Notes under the pieces: model-generated
Told to the model about the DNA's origin: nothing
The model's database searches: none
Seen by the model: the letters and a program-made list of their open reading frames with translations, nothing else
Translations under genes and position numbers: made by a program
In this document: one piece after another, positions 25,720-37,974 of the stretch
Position numbering within the stretch: the first letter of the stretch is position 1
Layout of the letters: each line of letters opens with the position of its first letter
Assembly: GCF_963921235.1 (NCBI RefSeq)
Contig: NC_086108.1
Coordinates: 76,510,001-76,574,000 of the forward strand
Origin: Mobula hypostoma
Taxonomy: Eukaryota
DNA: 64,000 bases
Direction of reading: 5' to 3'

Positions 25720-28190
25720 ATAATAAGCCATAGCAGCAGATTTAGGCCATTTGGCCCATTGAGTCTGCTCTGCCATTCAATCATAGCTGAATTATTTTCC
25801 CTCTCAACCCCATTCCCTGCCATCTTCCCGTAACCCTTGGCATCTTTATTAACCAAGAACCTGTCAACCCCTATCAAGCCTCAAATATGTCCAACAATTT
25901 ACTCTCCACAGCCATCTGTGGCGATGAATTCCACAGATTCACCAGCCTCTGACTGAAGACTCTCCTCGTCATCGCTGTTCTAAAGGGACATCCTTCTATT
26001 CTGAGGCTGTGTCCTTGGTCCTGGACTCTTGCCCCTATTGGAAATATCCTCTCTTTGTCCAATCTATCTCAGCCTTTCAATATTTGGTAGGTATCAATGA
26101 GATTCCCACTTATTCATCTAACTCCAGCAAGTACAGGCCCAGAGCTATCAAATGCTTCTGGCACATTAACTCTTTCATTCCCAGGATGATTCTTGTAAAT
26201 GTCCTCTGTACCCTCTCCATTGCTAACATGTGCACTCTTAGATATGAGGCCCAAAGCTGCTCACAGTACTCCAAATATAGTCTGACCAATACCTATAAAG
26301 CCTTAGCATTATATCCTTCCTTTAATATTCTTGTCCTCCTAAGTTAATTTTAGGGAATTCTGCACGAGGACTCCCAAGTCCCATTGAACCTCCAATTTCT
26401 GAATTTGCTCCTGTTTAGAAATAGTCTATGCTTTTATTTCTTCTACCAAAGTGCATGACCACGCACTTCTCTACACTGTATTCCATCTGCCACTTCTTTG
26501 CTCATTCTCCTAACCTGTCCAAGTCCTCCTGTGCTTCTAAAACCCCACCAGTCCCTCTACCTACCTTTGCTGATTTTGGCCTATTTTACTGTGTGCCCCC
26601 ATGTACCCAAAACCCTATCTTTAATCATGGACTCCAACATCTTCCCAATCACTGAAGTCAGACTAATTGTCCTATAATTTCCTGTCTTTTCTGCCTATCT
26701 CTTCTTAAAGTGTAGAGATATATTTTGGAATTTTCCAGTCCTCTACCTTCAAATTAGCAACTTACTCAGCACCTTCTCCTTAGTAATAGCAACTACACTC
26801 ACTTCTGCCAACATTCTCAAAATTTCTGGCATATTGCTGGTGTCTTCCACAGTGAAGACTGATGCAAAATACTTATTCATTTCATCTGCCATTTTTTTTT
26901 CCATTACTACCACTCCAGCATCATGTTCCAGCAGGCCGATGTCCACTCTTACCTCCGTTTTATTCTATAGATCTGAAAAAACTTTTGGTATCCTCTTTGA
27001 TATTAATAGCTAGCTTACCTTCATATCTAATCTTTTCTCTCCTTATTGCTATTTTAGTTGCCTTCTGCTGGTTTTCAAAAGCCTCCCAATGCTCTAGTTT
27101 GCTATATTGCATGCCCTCTTTTTTGCTTTTATGCTGTCTTTGACTTCCCCTGTTATCCATGGCTGCCTCATCCTTCCTTTAGGATGCTGCTTCTTCTTTG
27201 GGATGAACTGATCCTGCATCTTCTGAATTACTTCCAGAAACTCCAGCCAGTGCTATTCTACTGTCATCACTGTTAGTGTCGCCTCCAAATCAACTGTGGC
27301 CAACTCCTCTCTCAGGCTTTTGCAGACGTAATAGCAATATATCTGATTTTAGCTTCTCCATCTCAAACTGCAGGGTGAATTCTATCATATTATGATTACT
27401 GACTTCCTAATAGGTTCCTTTACCTTAAGTTCCCAAATCAAATCTGGTCCATTACATAACACCCAATCCAGAATTGCCTTTTCCCTAGTAGGGTCACCAC
27501 AAGCTACTCTAAAAAAGTATCTTGTAGGAATTCTACAAGTTCAATTCCTTGAGATCCAGCACCAACCAGATTTTCCTAATCTATCCACACATTGAAATCC
27601 CCCATGACCATTGTAACATTGCCCTTTTGATTTACCTTTTCTATCTCCTATTGTAATTTGTACTCCACATCCTGCTCGGAGGACTGGAAATATAACTCCC
27701 ATCAGGGTCTTTTTACTCTTGCAGTTTCTTAATACTACCCATAAGGATTTCTTCCAATCCTGTGTTACTTCTTTCTAAGGACTTGATTTCATTTTTTTTT
27801 AAATCAACAAATCCACCCCAACAACTGTCTGTCCTTTCAATATGATGTGTATCCTTGGATGTTAAACTCCCAGCTGTGATCTTCTTTCCACCACAACTCA
27901 GCAACACCCACAACATCAAACCTGCCAATTTCTAACTGTGCTACAAGATCATGTAACTTATTTTGTATACTGTATGTATTCAAATGTAACAGCTTTAGTC
28001 CTGTATTCAATCCTTTCAATTTTGTCTCCATGTCGCCTGAAGTTAAATTTTTTATCCCTTTCTAAACCTGTCTTATTCTTTATTCTGGAGACTTCAATAA
28101 CTTCTCTTGTATTCCTTCCCTTTTACTTCATCCATACATTTCCAAGCTGCTGAATCCACCAATTCCACCCCCCCCCCGCCCAGCTTAAAG
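25720..28190 (-). mobile_element. Decayed CR1 LINE (APE region to 3' tail, internally deleted)
   Basis: LHLNTYSIQNKL...FDVVGVAELW (APE), MNKYFASVFTVED, GHSLRIEG...FSQRLVNLWNS. Confidence 0.85.
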
Positions 28191-30399
28191 TCTATTCACA
28201 TTCCTAGTTATTGCGATTGGAATAATAGAATGGGAAATGTGAGGGCCTTACAGTTTAACTGGTTATTAACTTATTTTAATTTTTCCCATCCCTATATATT
28301 GTTCTGTCATCTGCTACATACATGAGATATGGAATCTACAATATAGGAAGAGATTGCATGGCCCAATAGTTTACACCGACGTTTATGCTCTTAAAAGGTA
28401 GAAGTGTTAACCCCATGTTCCTCCTAACAACAACTACCCATATAAACTCTTCCTTAATGTTGACCTGGTCTCTGATACATTCATTCATTCCAACAGTCCA
28501 TTTCTTAGCACTGTGGATTCAAAAGACCCTTACATTTGCCTACAATTGAACATAATTGTTCCTTAGTAGATTATAAAGAATCATAGAATTGCTTTATAGT
28601 ATTTATGCACTTTGCTGTAAAGTCCTACCTATCTGGAACTGGACAGGGCACTTCCTACTATAATTCACCACAATGCAGACTTCAGTTCCACATCATATTT
28701 CCCCAGGCAATGACATCGTCAATCTATGCCACTCTAGTTATTTGATAAAAAATGAATTCAATGGTGCAATTTATGATTTTTGTAAATAATGATTATCAAA
28801 ACCAAGTATGTTTTTTTGCTGCAAGTAGTGAACTGTGCACGAATAAGAGGCTCCCCCACAATTCTTGCCACTGCTTTTATATGTAAAAACAGTGACCATG
28901 GAAGTTTTATATTAAAAATTTAGTAATGGCAAGCCTCTGTAAAGATCAAGGTATCTGTGAACTGCTAACTGCAGCTCAAAGACCCCTCAACCTGAGCCTG
29001 CTGGCTGTCACTAATCACAATCAGCTGAGTCCTTCTGTCAAGGAGAAGGTGGCCTCCTCTGGGATACCCTTGTTGTCATGGAGAGATCTCTTTAAAAGCA
29101 ATGACCCACTTCCCCATGGGTCAGCTTGCAAAAGATGTGTCTTGGTTTCACAGCTGAAACTAAGGTTTTTTTTAAAACATTCATTTTGAATAAAAATTGT
29201 ATAGCATCAGCAAAACACAATTTACGTAAGAGATACTGAGGTCAATTGCCGTGGACTGAAAAACAGAAATTGAACTTGGAACCTTTGTGGTCTCTCTGGC
29301 ATATACAAAAAATGCAACTAGTCTGACCTTCATATTTGAAGAGTAGACAGAAAAATATTGTATATTCTAGCCAAGGAACAAATAACTACTGATAAGTTAA
29401 TGCTTAATAGCCCAATTAACAATGTTTGGTCATGAAAAAATTGTTATTTACAAGGATCTACACAAAAGAAGAAAAGGAACATGGGAGGTCTAGGCAAATT
29501 AAAATGAAATTAATTTTATATAAATTAATATGACTCATGAAATGCTATATTTTCCCTAAAGACGGTCACCACTTTGTGCCTTTCATACCAGTTCATTCCC
29601 AAGGCACAAAGGCACTGATCAAATCCATATCAGTTCAATACCTTAGAGAGGAATGGTTAGGAATACACTATCAATAAATAAGTTGTATCCAAACTAAGGA
29701 ACCTCAGTAACAATTGAAATAAAATGGATTAATTAAGAGATTGTAATCAAATCGAATTACAAAGACCTGAAATATATTTTAAAAATCACAAAGCTGTAAA
29801 TAAGATTGGGAACAATTATTTTTAAAAAATAAGATATTCAGAACTACTATACTGGAGTGCTGCCATTTCAAAAATATAAAACTGCCATCTACTTGCACTG
29901 CAGATCTTTTTAAAACAATGTCTCAATGAACATCTGAAATGCTAAGGCACAGAAGGCTGTAGCCCAAGTACCAATAAATGGGATTGACATAGATGTGTAC
30001 TTAATGGTTGACAAAGACATAATTTGCTACAGAAGTCAATGATCTAGTAAAGATAATATTGGAGGAGAGAAAAGAAGAGAAATAATATCCTTTCAAATCT
30101 CTATTTGAGTCCAAATGTATGTAAAACTTAAGAAACAAAAATTTATTTATAAAATTAACAGCAATATATAATGACATCTAGTTCACATTGTAAATCTACC
30201 CACAACAGTGATGGTCACTCATATCAAAGGGGTATCTTATAAGTGACCTTCTCTTAATGAGTTATGACATTACTCAGAGTCATCATTTGTACCTAATAGT
30301 ACTTTTGGTTAAAGTATACCAGATCAGATCCATAGTCTACCTCAATACTTGCCCACCCAAACTTCTACAGCATGGAGATATCCAGCCCTAATCCAACAT

Positions 30400-31080
30400 C
30401 TGACAGGTGGCAAGCAGCAGAAATGCTACACCTGCCCATTCACCTTCTCCCACTCCTCCAATCAGGGCTCCAAACAGTCCTTCCAGCTGAAGCAACACTT
30501 CATTTACAAAAAGAAAGGTTTCCCAATGGTCAGTCATTTTAATTCCTATCCCTATTCCCATTCCGATAAGTCAGCTCATGGTCTCCCTATCTGCCACATT
30601 GAGGCCACTCTCAGGTTGGAAGAGCAACACTTCATACTCTGTCTAGGTAGCCCCCCAACCTGATGGCATAAACATCAATTTCTCCAACTTCCAGTGATTT
30701 TTTCCTCCTTGCCCCTCCTTCTTTTTCAATTGCTCACCTGCCTGTCCCCTCCCCAGTTCCCCTCCTCCTTCCCTTTCTCCCAAGGTCCACTCTCCTCTCC
30801 CATTAGATTCTTTCTTCTCCAGTCTTTTCCAGCTATCACCTCCCAGCTTCTAATTTCATCCCCCCTCCCCACCCACCTGGCTTCACCTTCAAGCTTGTCC
30901 TCCTCCTCCTTCCTCTCCCCCCACCTTCTTATCCTGGCATCTTCCCCTTCCTTTCCAGTCACGATGAAGGGTCATGACCCAAAACATCGACTGTTTATTC
31001 ATTTCCACTGATGCTGCTGCTTGACCTGCTGAGTTCCTCAGCACTTTCTATGTTGCTCTGGATTTCCAGTATCTGCAGAA
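30400..31080 (+). mobile_element. Decayed Neptune-type Penelope-like element 3' end
   Basis: KCYTCPFT...HFNS...EATLRLEEQHFILCLGS, pyrimidine tract, mutated hammerhead CAGTCACGATGAAGGGTCATGACCCAAAACATCGACTG. Confidence 0.85.
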
Positions 31081-31349
31081 TCAAGTCAAGTCAAGTCACT
31101 TTTTATTGTCATTTCGACCATAACTGCTGGTACAGTACACAGTAAAAACGAGACAACGTTTTTCAGGACCATGGTGCCACGATCTCTTGTGGCTTTGTAT
31201 CTGACAGATTTCCTGCAAGTATCAGGCTTTAACCAGTGAGCAGATCTCAGGTAGTATATCTCTGAATCATAGAACGGCTACATACAGAAAGTACCTCATC
31301 ATGTCCACACCAGCAGAAATGCCTTGGAAATCTCTGAGGCAGCTGAAGG

Positions 31350-32365
31350 CAATAGACAATAGATGCAGGAGTAGGTCGTTCGGCCCTTCGAGCCAGCACC
31401 GCCATTCACTGTGATCATGGCTGATCATCCACAATCAGTAGCCCATTCCTGCCTTCTCCCCCATCCCTTGACTCCGCTATCATGAAGAGCTCTATCTAAC
31501 TCTTTCTTGAAAGCATCCAGAGAATTGGCCTCCACTGTCTTCTGAGGCAGAGCATTCCACAGATCCACAACTCTCTGGGTGAAAAGGTTTTTCCTCAACT
31601 CCATTCTAAATGGCCTACCCCTTACTCTCAAATTGTGGCCTCTGGTTCTGCACTCCCCCAACATAGGAAACATGTTTCCTGCCTCTAGCGTGTCCAATCC
31701 CTTAATAATCTTATATGTTTCAATCAGATCCCCTCTCATCCTTCTAAATTCCAGTGTTTACAAGCCCAGTCGCTCCAATCTTTCAACATATGACAGTCCC
31801 ACCATCCTGGGAATTAACCTTGTGAACCTACACTGCACTCCCTCAATAGCAAGAATGTCCTTCCTCAAATTTGGAGACCAAAACTGTACACAATACTCCA
31901 GGTGTGGTCTCACTAGGGCACTGTACAACTGCAGAAGGACCTCTTTGCTCCTATACTCAACTCCCTTTGTTATGAAGGCCAACATGCCACTAGCTTTCTT
32001 CACTGCCTGCTGTACCTGCATGCTTACTGTCAGTGACTGATGAACAAGGACATCTAAAACTTGTTGTACTTCCCCTTTTCCTAACTTGACACCATTCAAA
32101 TAGTAATCTGCCTTCCTGTTCTTGCTACCAAAGTGGATAACCTCACATTTATCCACATTAAACTGCATCTGCCATGTATCTGCCAACTCACCCAACCTGT
32201 CCAAGTCATCCTGCATTATCACAACATCCTCCGCACATTTCACACTGCCACCCAGCTTTGTGTCATCTGCAAATTTGCTGATGTTACTTTTAATCCCTTC
32301 ATCTAAATTATTAATGTATATTGTAAATAGCTGCGGCCCCAGCATCGAGCCCTGCGGTACCCCAC
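31350..32365 (-). mobile_element. CR1 LINE, 5'-truncated, RT C-terminus
   Basis: ORFs 31758-32345 and 31425-31739: LGPQLFTIYIN, KFADDTKLGG, RPHLEYCVQFWSP, RGDLIETYKI. Confidence 0.93.
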
Positions 32366-32790
32366 CAAGACCTTTCCAAGAACTTCGAAATTATTCATGC
32401 AGATAATGTTAAATTTAAATAAATAAAACAAATTATGATAAATTGTTGACAGTTTGCATTTTAGTAATCTCTTTATGACCATTAGAAACAAGTTAAAGTT
32501 TTGATTTTGAATGACACATTATATCTAATTCTGATCAGAATGTGCTTTACCAACAATGAGATGGGCAACAGCTGTACTAAAGTGATTACAACATCTCAAA
32601 AAGTAAATAAATTTTAAAAATCGTAAACCATATATACAAAACACATATTAGTTGATTAATATGTTTCAATGAGAAATGTTATCTCCATGAAACTCACATT
32701 AATTACTTGGTGTAACATGCAGAAATGTCCGATGAAGTTTCTAATTTTTGTGAACATGTTGTATACATTTTTGTCTTCCATTTACAATAC

Positions 32791-32837
32791 CTGGATTAAT
32801 CATCCCAGCACATAATAGTGATACAAGCCTGATGACC
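32791..32837 (-). other. Candidate 47-nt frame-disrupting cassette exon in an ERI3 intron
   Basis: Minus strand reads GGTGCTTTTTTATTTGTGTAG | 47 nt | GTATTG in repeat-free sequence; in the ERI3 frame it gives GHQACITIMCWDD then a stop. Confidence 0.4.
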
Positions 32838-34405
32838 CTACACAAATAAAAAAGCACCTTGAAAGATTTTCAAACATGACCTGGCAGAGATTTCAAACAT
32901 AACGGTTATTAACATCTAAACTTTAAAGTACAATCAACTTTAGGAAATGGTACAAAATCATTTCAAAATCTTCTGGATAACAAATTACAAGACAAGCAAA
33001 ATGGGTGTACAGGAACTTGTCTTTAAATAATACACTTCTGTTTTTGATTTACATTATAGCCTTCTCTAAATAATTTATGGCATGATAAATTTATTGCACA
33101 GTGGAAGCTAACTGCAAATAAGAATTGCCAAATAATTAGATTTTAGTGCAATGCTTATAAATTATCCACTGATTTGTCCAGACTTGTTTGTCAGCTCTGC
33201 TGTGCTTTAGGTCATCTTTGACATTTTGGTGTTTGTGTTTTAATTGCTGATTTACACTTTGACAGACGAATCTTGATGCCTGGTGTCCAGGCTGTGATGT
33301 CTAAAGGGATTCAAGGCAATTAGAAGTGAAATGCTGAACTTAGAAATAATGTTTATTCAGGTTTTTTTTAAGATTTCAGTTCAGAGAACAGCAATATGGA
33401 CAGCAATTGTCCACAATTTCAAAACAGATACAGGATTAAAATTACAGGAATTTCAAGAAATATATTTTGTGAATAACACATTGGGGAGAAACAAATGTAC
33501 ATTAGTTATCATTTTTAATTTTATTCAGAAAAATATCTGAGGATCACTGAAATTTGGGTCAACAAAGTGAATTTCAGTCAATGTTCATGCATTTAAAAAG
33601 AAACAGCTAAATGCTGAATTCCTCATCACTGTTTTTGCTTTGAAGACAATTTTGCATCTACAACCAATAAACATTATTAGAAATTATTTTAATGCTATTC
33701 TACCTATCAGCTTTATTCCCAATCCTTTATTATAAGAATGTTAGGCAACCTTTGCTTGTTGTCCTGTCTCAGTTTTGAACAAGCACTGCAGAAACATTGA
33801 AAAAGGAGGAATGGAATATTTTCATTCCTTATACAGTAAAATCTTAAAGCATCTAAACAGCTGGATTCAAAAAAACTTAGAAACAATGTCATTTTTAACT
33901 ATTAGTAGCTTTATTTATTTGTGCACCAATATTAAAGTACAATTGTACAATAGACCATTAAAGAAGAAATCAACAATTTTTTTAAATAATTAATTTTAAA
34001 AACTCTGGAAAGGCAGAGGAAATTTAGAGTAAATTTCACATCAAAAGGAAAAATCTGGCTAATATCATGGAATGGTATGAGAACATTCCATATAAAAGCA
34101 CGTTGCTGCAAAGTGGTGGGATCCAGGTTTAATTCCATGCTGCCCTATTCCATGAAACTTATAATATTACATGCACTTCAGTGACAATACTCTAGGATAA
34201 AGTTAAAAGTAGTGCTATCTTCTGATTATTTTTATACAATTCATTTTAACCCCTCATTGGCCTGCATACTACATCAGCTTGTAGATTGTGCACTTACAAT
34301 AGCTACTGAATTCCAAATAATGCCTCAGCAATGATAAAGTCTATGAAGTTCAAACTGCTACCATTCTAGTTGAGTGTCATTCAGGTAAAAATAAAAATAT
34401 TAGTA

Positions 34406-35142
34406 CCATTTGAGCATCCCTTATCCAAAATGCTTGGGGCTGTAAGTGTTTTGGATTTTGGATATGTTTGGAATTTGGAAAATTTTCATCTATACGAGAT
34501 ACCTTGGGGATGGGACCTAAGCCTAAATACAAGTCCATTTACATTACATGTACAGCTTACGTATAGCTGGTGTGAAGCTCACAGAGTGAACAGTACACAG
34601 TCAGAGCACAGTCTGACATGATGGAGCTGGGTCCTTCATAGACTGTCAGGGGTTGAATGACTGTGTCTATTACCAGGTTCCAGCTCTGCGATTGGCCTCA
34701 TATCCACCAGCAACTTCAAACAACTGCCCATTGGGTGGGGGGGGAGGGGAGGAGAATAGGTGTAGTTTTATATAATATTTTAATAATTTTGTGCATGAAA
34801 CAATTACCTTCAATTTTCAGTTATTATGATGGATCTTTGCTTGTTTCATGATCGGTATACCGTTAAGTAGCATATGTTCACTCCGACACTGCTGAATCCA
34901 CTCTTTCAGTACACAATCGAGATCTTCATTTGCACTTTATGCAGTGCTTTTCTAATTTTCATTAACTTCTGTTCATTACATATGTGAGGTCACTTCTCAG
35001 AACTGTCTATGGTGTGCAGAGACCTGAGCATCACCTGGGAACTTTCCCAGCACCTTGTGGAATTCTTCATTTTTGTCATGTCAGCATTCAAAAAAATCTT
35101 GGATTTTGGAATTTAGAATTTCAGATAAGGGTACTCAACCTG
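34406..35142. mobile_element. Tigger4/Zombi-like non-autonomous Tc1/mariner-pogo element
   Basis: Ends CCATTTGAGCATCCCTTATCC / GATAAGGGTACTCAACCTG, flanked by TA on both sides; internal CTTGGGGATGGGACCTAAG and AATAATTTTGTGCATGAAACAA. Confidence 0.8.
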
Positions 35143-35282
35143 TACACGAAGTAGTCACACTATAGGCTATTCCCTTATGCTTTTATATAAAAAAAAGGAG
35201 ATTGAACACAAATAAATACTTGCAAACTTGCCTTTTTAATTTTCTGCGATCCCCTGATGCACAATCCTTTAAGGCATTAAAT

Positions 35283-35690
35283 AACTCTCCTCGGGCTTCC
35301 TGCCAGGTATAGGTATCAATTTTAACTGACATTTTGATGACAAACTTTGCCATATTCATCAGGGATGATGACTATGCATGTCTGGTCCAGTAGCATATAA
35401 ACTCCCGCTGTCCGTCTCTCCTGATTGGTCAGTCCTCATTCAATCAGGTTTCTGCTGTCCCACTCCGTTTATAATTGAATTCCAGTTCTTACTTAGACTG
35501 AGACCTTCGTTTTCGTAAAAATTCTTTCTCTCTAGTTTTATTTCAATGGCTTCCTTCACCAGGTGGTCCCAAAGCCATTTGTGCAGCACAGTAGTTTTGT
35601 GCCGTCGAAGTCAATCCTATGGCCATCGCGAATGCAATGTTCTGCTACCTCCAATTTCTCCGGGAAACCCAAATGGGTAAATGTCCTGTG
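35283..35690 (-). mobile_element. Poseidon-type Penelope-like element 3' end (GIY-YIG C-terminus and pLTR)
   Basis: Minus frames give VAEHCIRDGHRIDFDGTKLL...LVKEAIEIKLE...GLSLSKNWNS; decayed hammerhead at ~35323-35367; pLTR shared with 62250-62421. Confidence 0.75.
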
Positions 35691-36873
35691 TATGTCATAT
35701 ACAACAGGAAAGTACTAGATCCTTTTTCATAAGGGTTTCATTTCCCAATCTGTGTTGTGCTACTTGATCTCAGTCAGGGCACTAATTAAAAAACCACAGA
35801 CTAAGAATATCGATCAGGTAAATTATGTATGTTCTCACTTGCAATGAGAAATTGAACAGTGAAATGTCTGCCATTTTAAGGATGGTAGAGAAACTAGGTA
35901 GCATGGACCATGAACACATTACAATGACTGGTCAACAACGCTATTTTAATTATACCCTGTAACTCACAAGACGTAGAAATCAAATTAGGAGGTTTGGTCA
36001 TTTTTTTATCATCCCATTTTTATGCAGGTGAAAAATCAATGAACTTCTCACTCATTCTCATTAACCAAGTAAGACTGCTGTAATGTAGATATTAGAGACA
36101 CAAATCAGGTAGCAGTTGTATCAAGCTCATCGATGATGAATTCCAAAGTTGAACAGCCTTGTAAGGTTAACTTTCTAGACTCACACTGGATGAAATGCTT
36201 CTTTGACAAAATACAATCTGAGGAATTTTGCCCCAGTAACAGACATTGCCTTTAGAGTATAAAATCTTCTGATGTGCAATGAGATATTAATCTGATGAGC
36301 TAGGATAAATGTCACGTCTACTACACGACTGGTTGAGATGTAGCTTACATTAATTGACAAGATATATTTGGTATTTCAATGGGCCTAAATGCTTTTTAGA
36401 CACTGAGAAATAAGGTAAGTATCAGAGATGCAAATAAACAAAATGAAGATACTGGAAGTTTTAAATCAAACAGAAAATGATAGAAATATTCAGCAGGTCA
36501 AGCTACATTTCTAGGAAGAGAAACTAGGTCACCCATATTTCTGATTCATCATAATTATCCAACTGACAATCAATTGTCACCAGAGAAATGTCAGCAACCA
36601 TCTTGTGGCACAGTTGTCTGGAATGAAAGAACATTTCATCTGCACTATTAGGGTCTATCTCAGTAAATTCTATTCTTGCTTGTTATCTGATGAACATGTT
36701 TTTGCTAAAATTCTCAACCAAATCATATTTCGTTTATCATAATTATTCAAATTAGAAGACATCCTTTCTTTGTCATTATTATATCAAACTCTATTTTCAC
36801 TTCTCCAGTGGTTAAGAAATATTCCAATTGCCATTACAGAAATAATCCAATGTGGATAAACTCCTGAAACCGA

Positions 36874-36907
36874 TGCAGTGCTGATTATTTGCCACTAGAT
36901 GTCACTA
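36874..36907 (+). promoter_or_regulatory. Candidate CTCF site with upstream module
   Basis: TGCAGTGCT starts 18 bp before the CCAC of core GCCACTAGATGTCACTA. Confidence 0.6.
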
Positions 36908-37624
36908 TTGAAATCAGCACATATTAAAATGATATATTTACAAAGCAAGCTAAGGCCATCTAGAAGCAGAACATGACAGCATCAAACATTCTTAATCTCA
37001 TAGAACACAATGTTGTGCTCCTGCAACTTGGATGTGGAAATCTTAACAAAGGTCTGACATCCTGAACTCAAGACAAAAGCACATTGTTCTAGATTATTAT
37101 ATAGCTAACACAAATTCCATTGTAAATGTTCATTCTTCAACATTGTCACATACCGTGCCTTGTAAAACTATTCACCCCCAACTCTTTGTTCAAATAAAGG
37201 AGTGTTACAACCAGGGATTTTGACAATGTAACTCAGAATTTTAATTTATGAATCATATGCTCCTTTATTTACAGTAGAACCCAAAAAACAGGGAAAATTG
37301 TAAAGCATCAAAAACTAAAAATTTAAAAACTGAAATGTCAGCAGTTCAAAAGTAGCATAATTTTAGATTTACGCCACAAGTGTCACTTAAAAAAAGCATA
37401 TTTTTGCCCATAAAGACTGCAACATGTCACTTAGGAGATACTATAAAGGTGTGGAAGAAGGTCTTGTGGTCAAGTGGAATTTTTTGGCCTCAACACTCAA
37501 GTGGTAGATGTGGCATGAATCTAATATTGCGCATCCAGCCAGTTACACCACTTCTACCATAAAGTATGGTGGAGGTAGCATCATGCTATGGGAATGCTTT
37601 TCAGCAGCTTGGACTGGAAACCTG

Positions 37625-37760
37625 AGTCCTGATGAAGGGTCTTGGCCCAAAATGTTGACTGTTTATTCCCATTCATAGATGCTGCCTGAGCTGCTGAGCT
37701 CCTCCAGCACATTGTGTGTATTGCTCTAGACTTCCAGCATCTGCAGTACCTCTTGTGATT
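37625..37760 (+). mobile_element. Penelope-like pLTR fragment inserted in the Tc1 transposase
   Basis: AGTCCTGATGAAGGGTCTTGGCCCAAAATGTTGACTG...CCAGCATCTGCAG splits the transposase remnant; hammerhead GAAAC decayed to AAAAT. Confidence 0.85.
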
Positions 37761-37974
37761 GCAAATCTGGTTAGGATTGATGGGAATATGAATGCTGCTA
37801 AATACAGAGAGATCCTAGATAAGATCCTGATCGTCTCTGCTGGAAAGCTTATACTGGGGAGGAAGTTCATCTTTCAGCAGAACAACAACCCAAAGTGACC
37901 ATGGAATGGCTTCAGTTGAAGAAAACTGATTTTTCCTGTTTACTGGGTTCTATTGGGGAAAAGAGGAGCATGTA

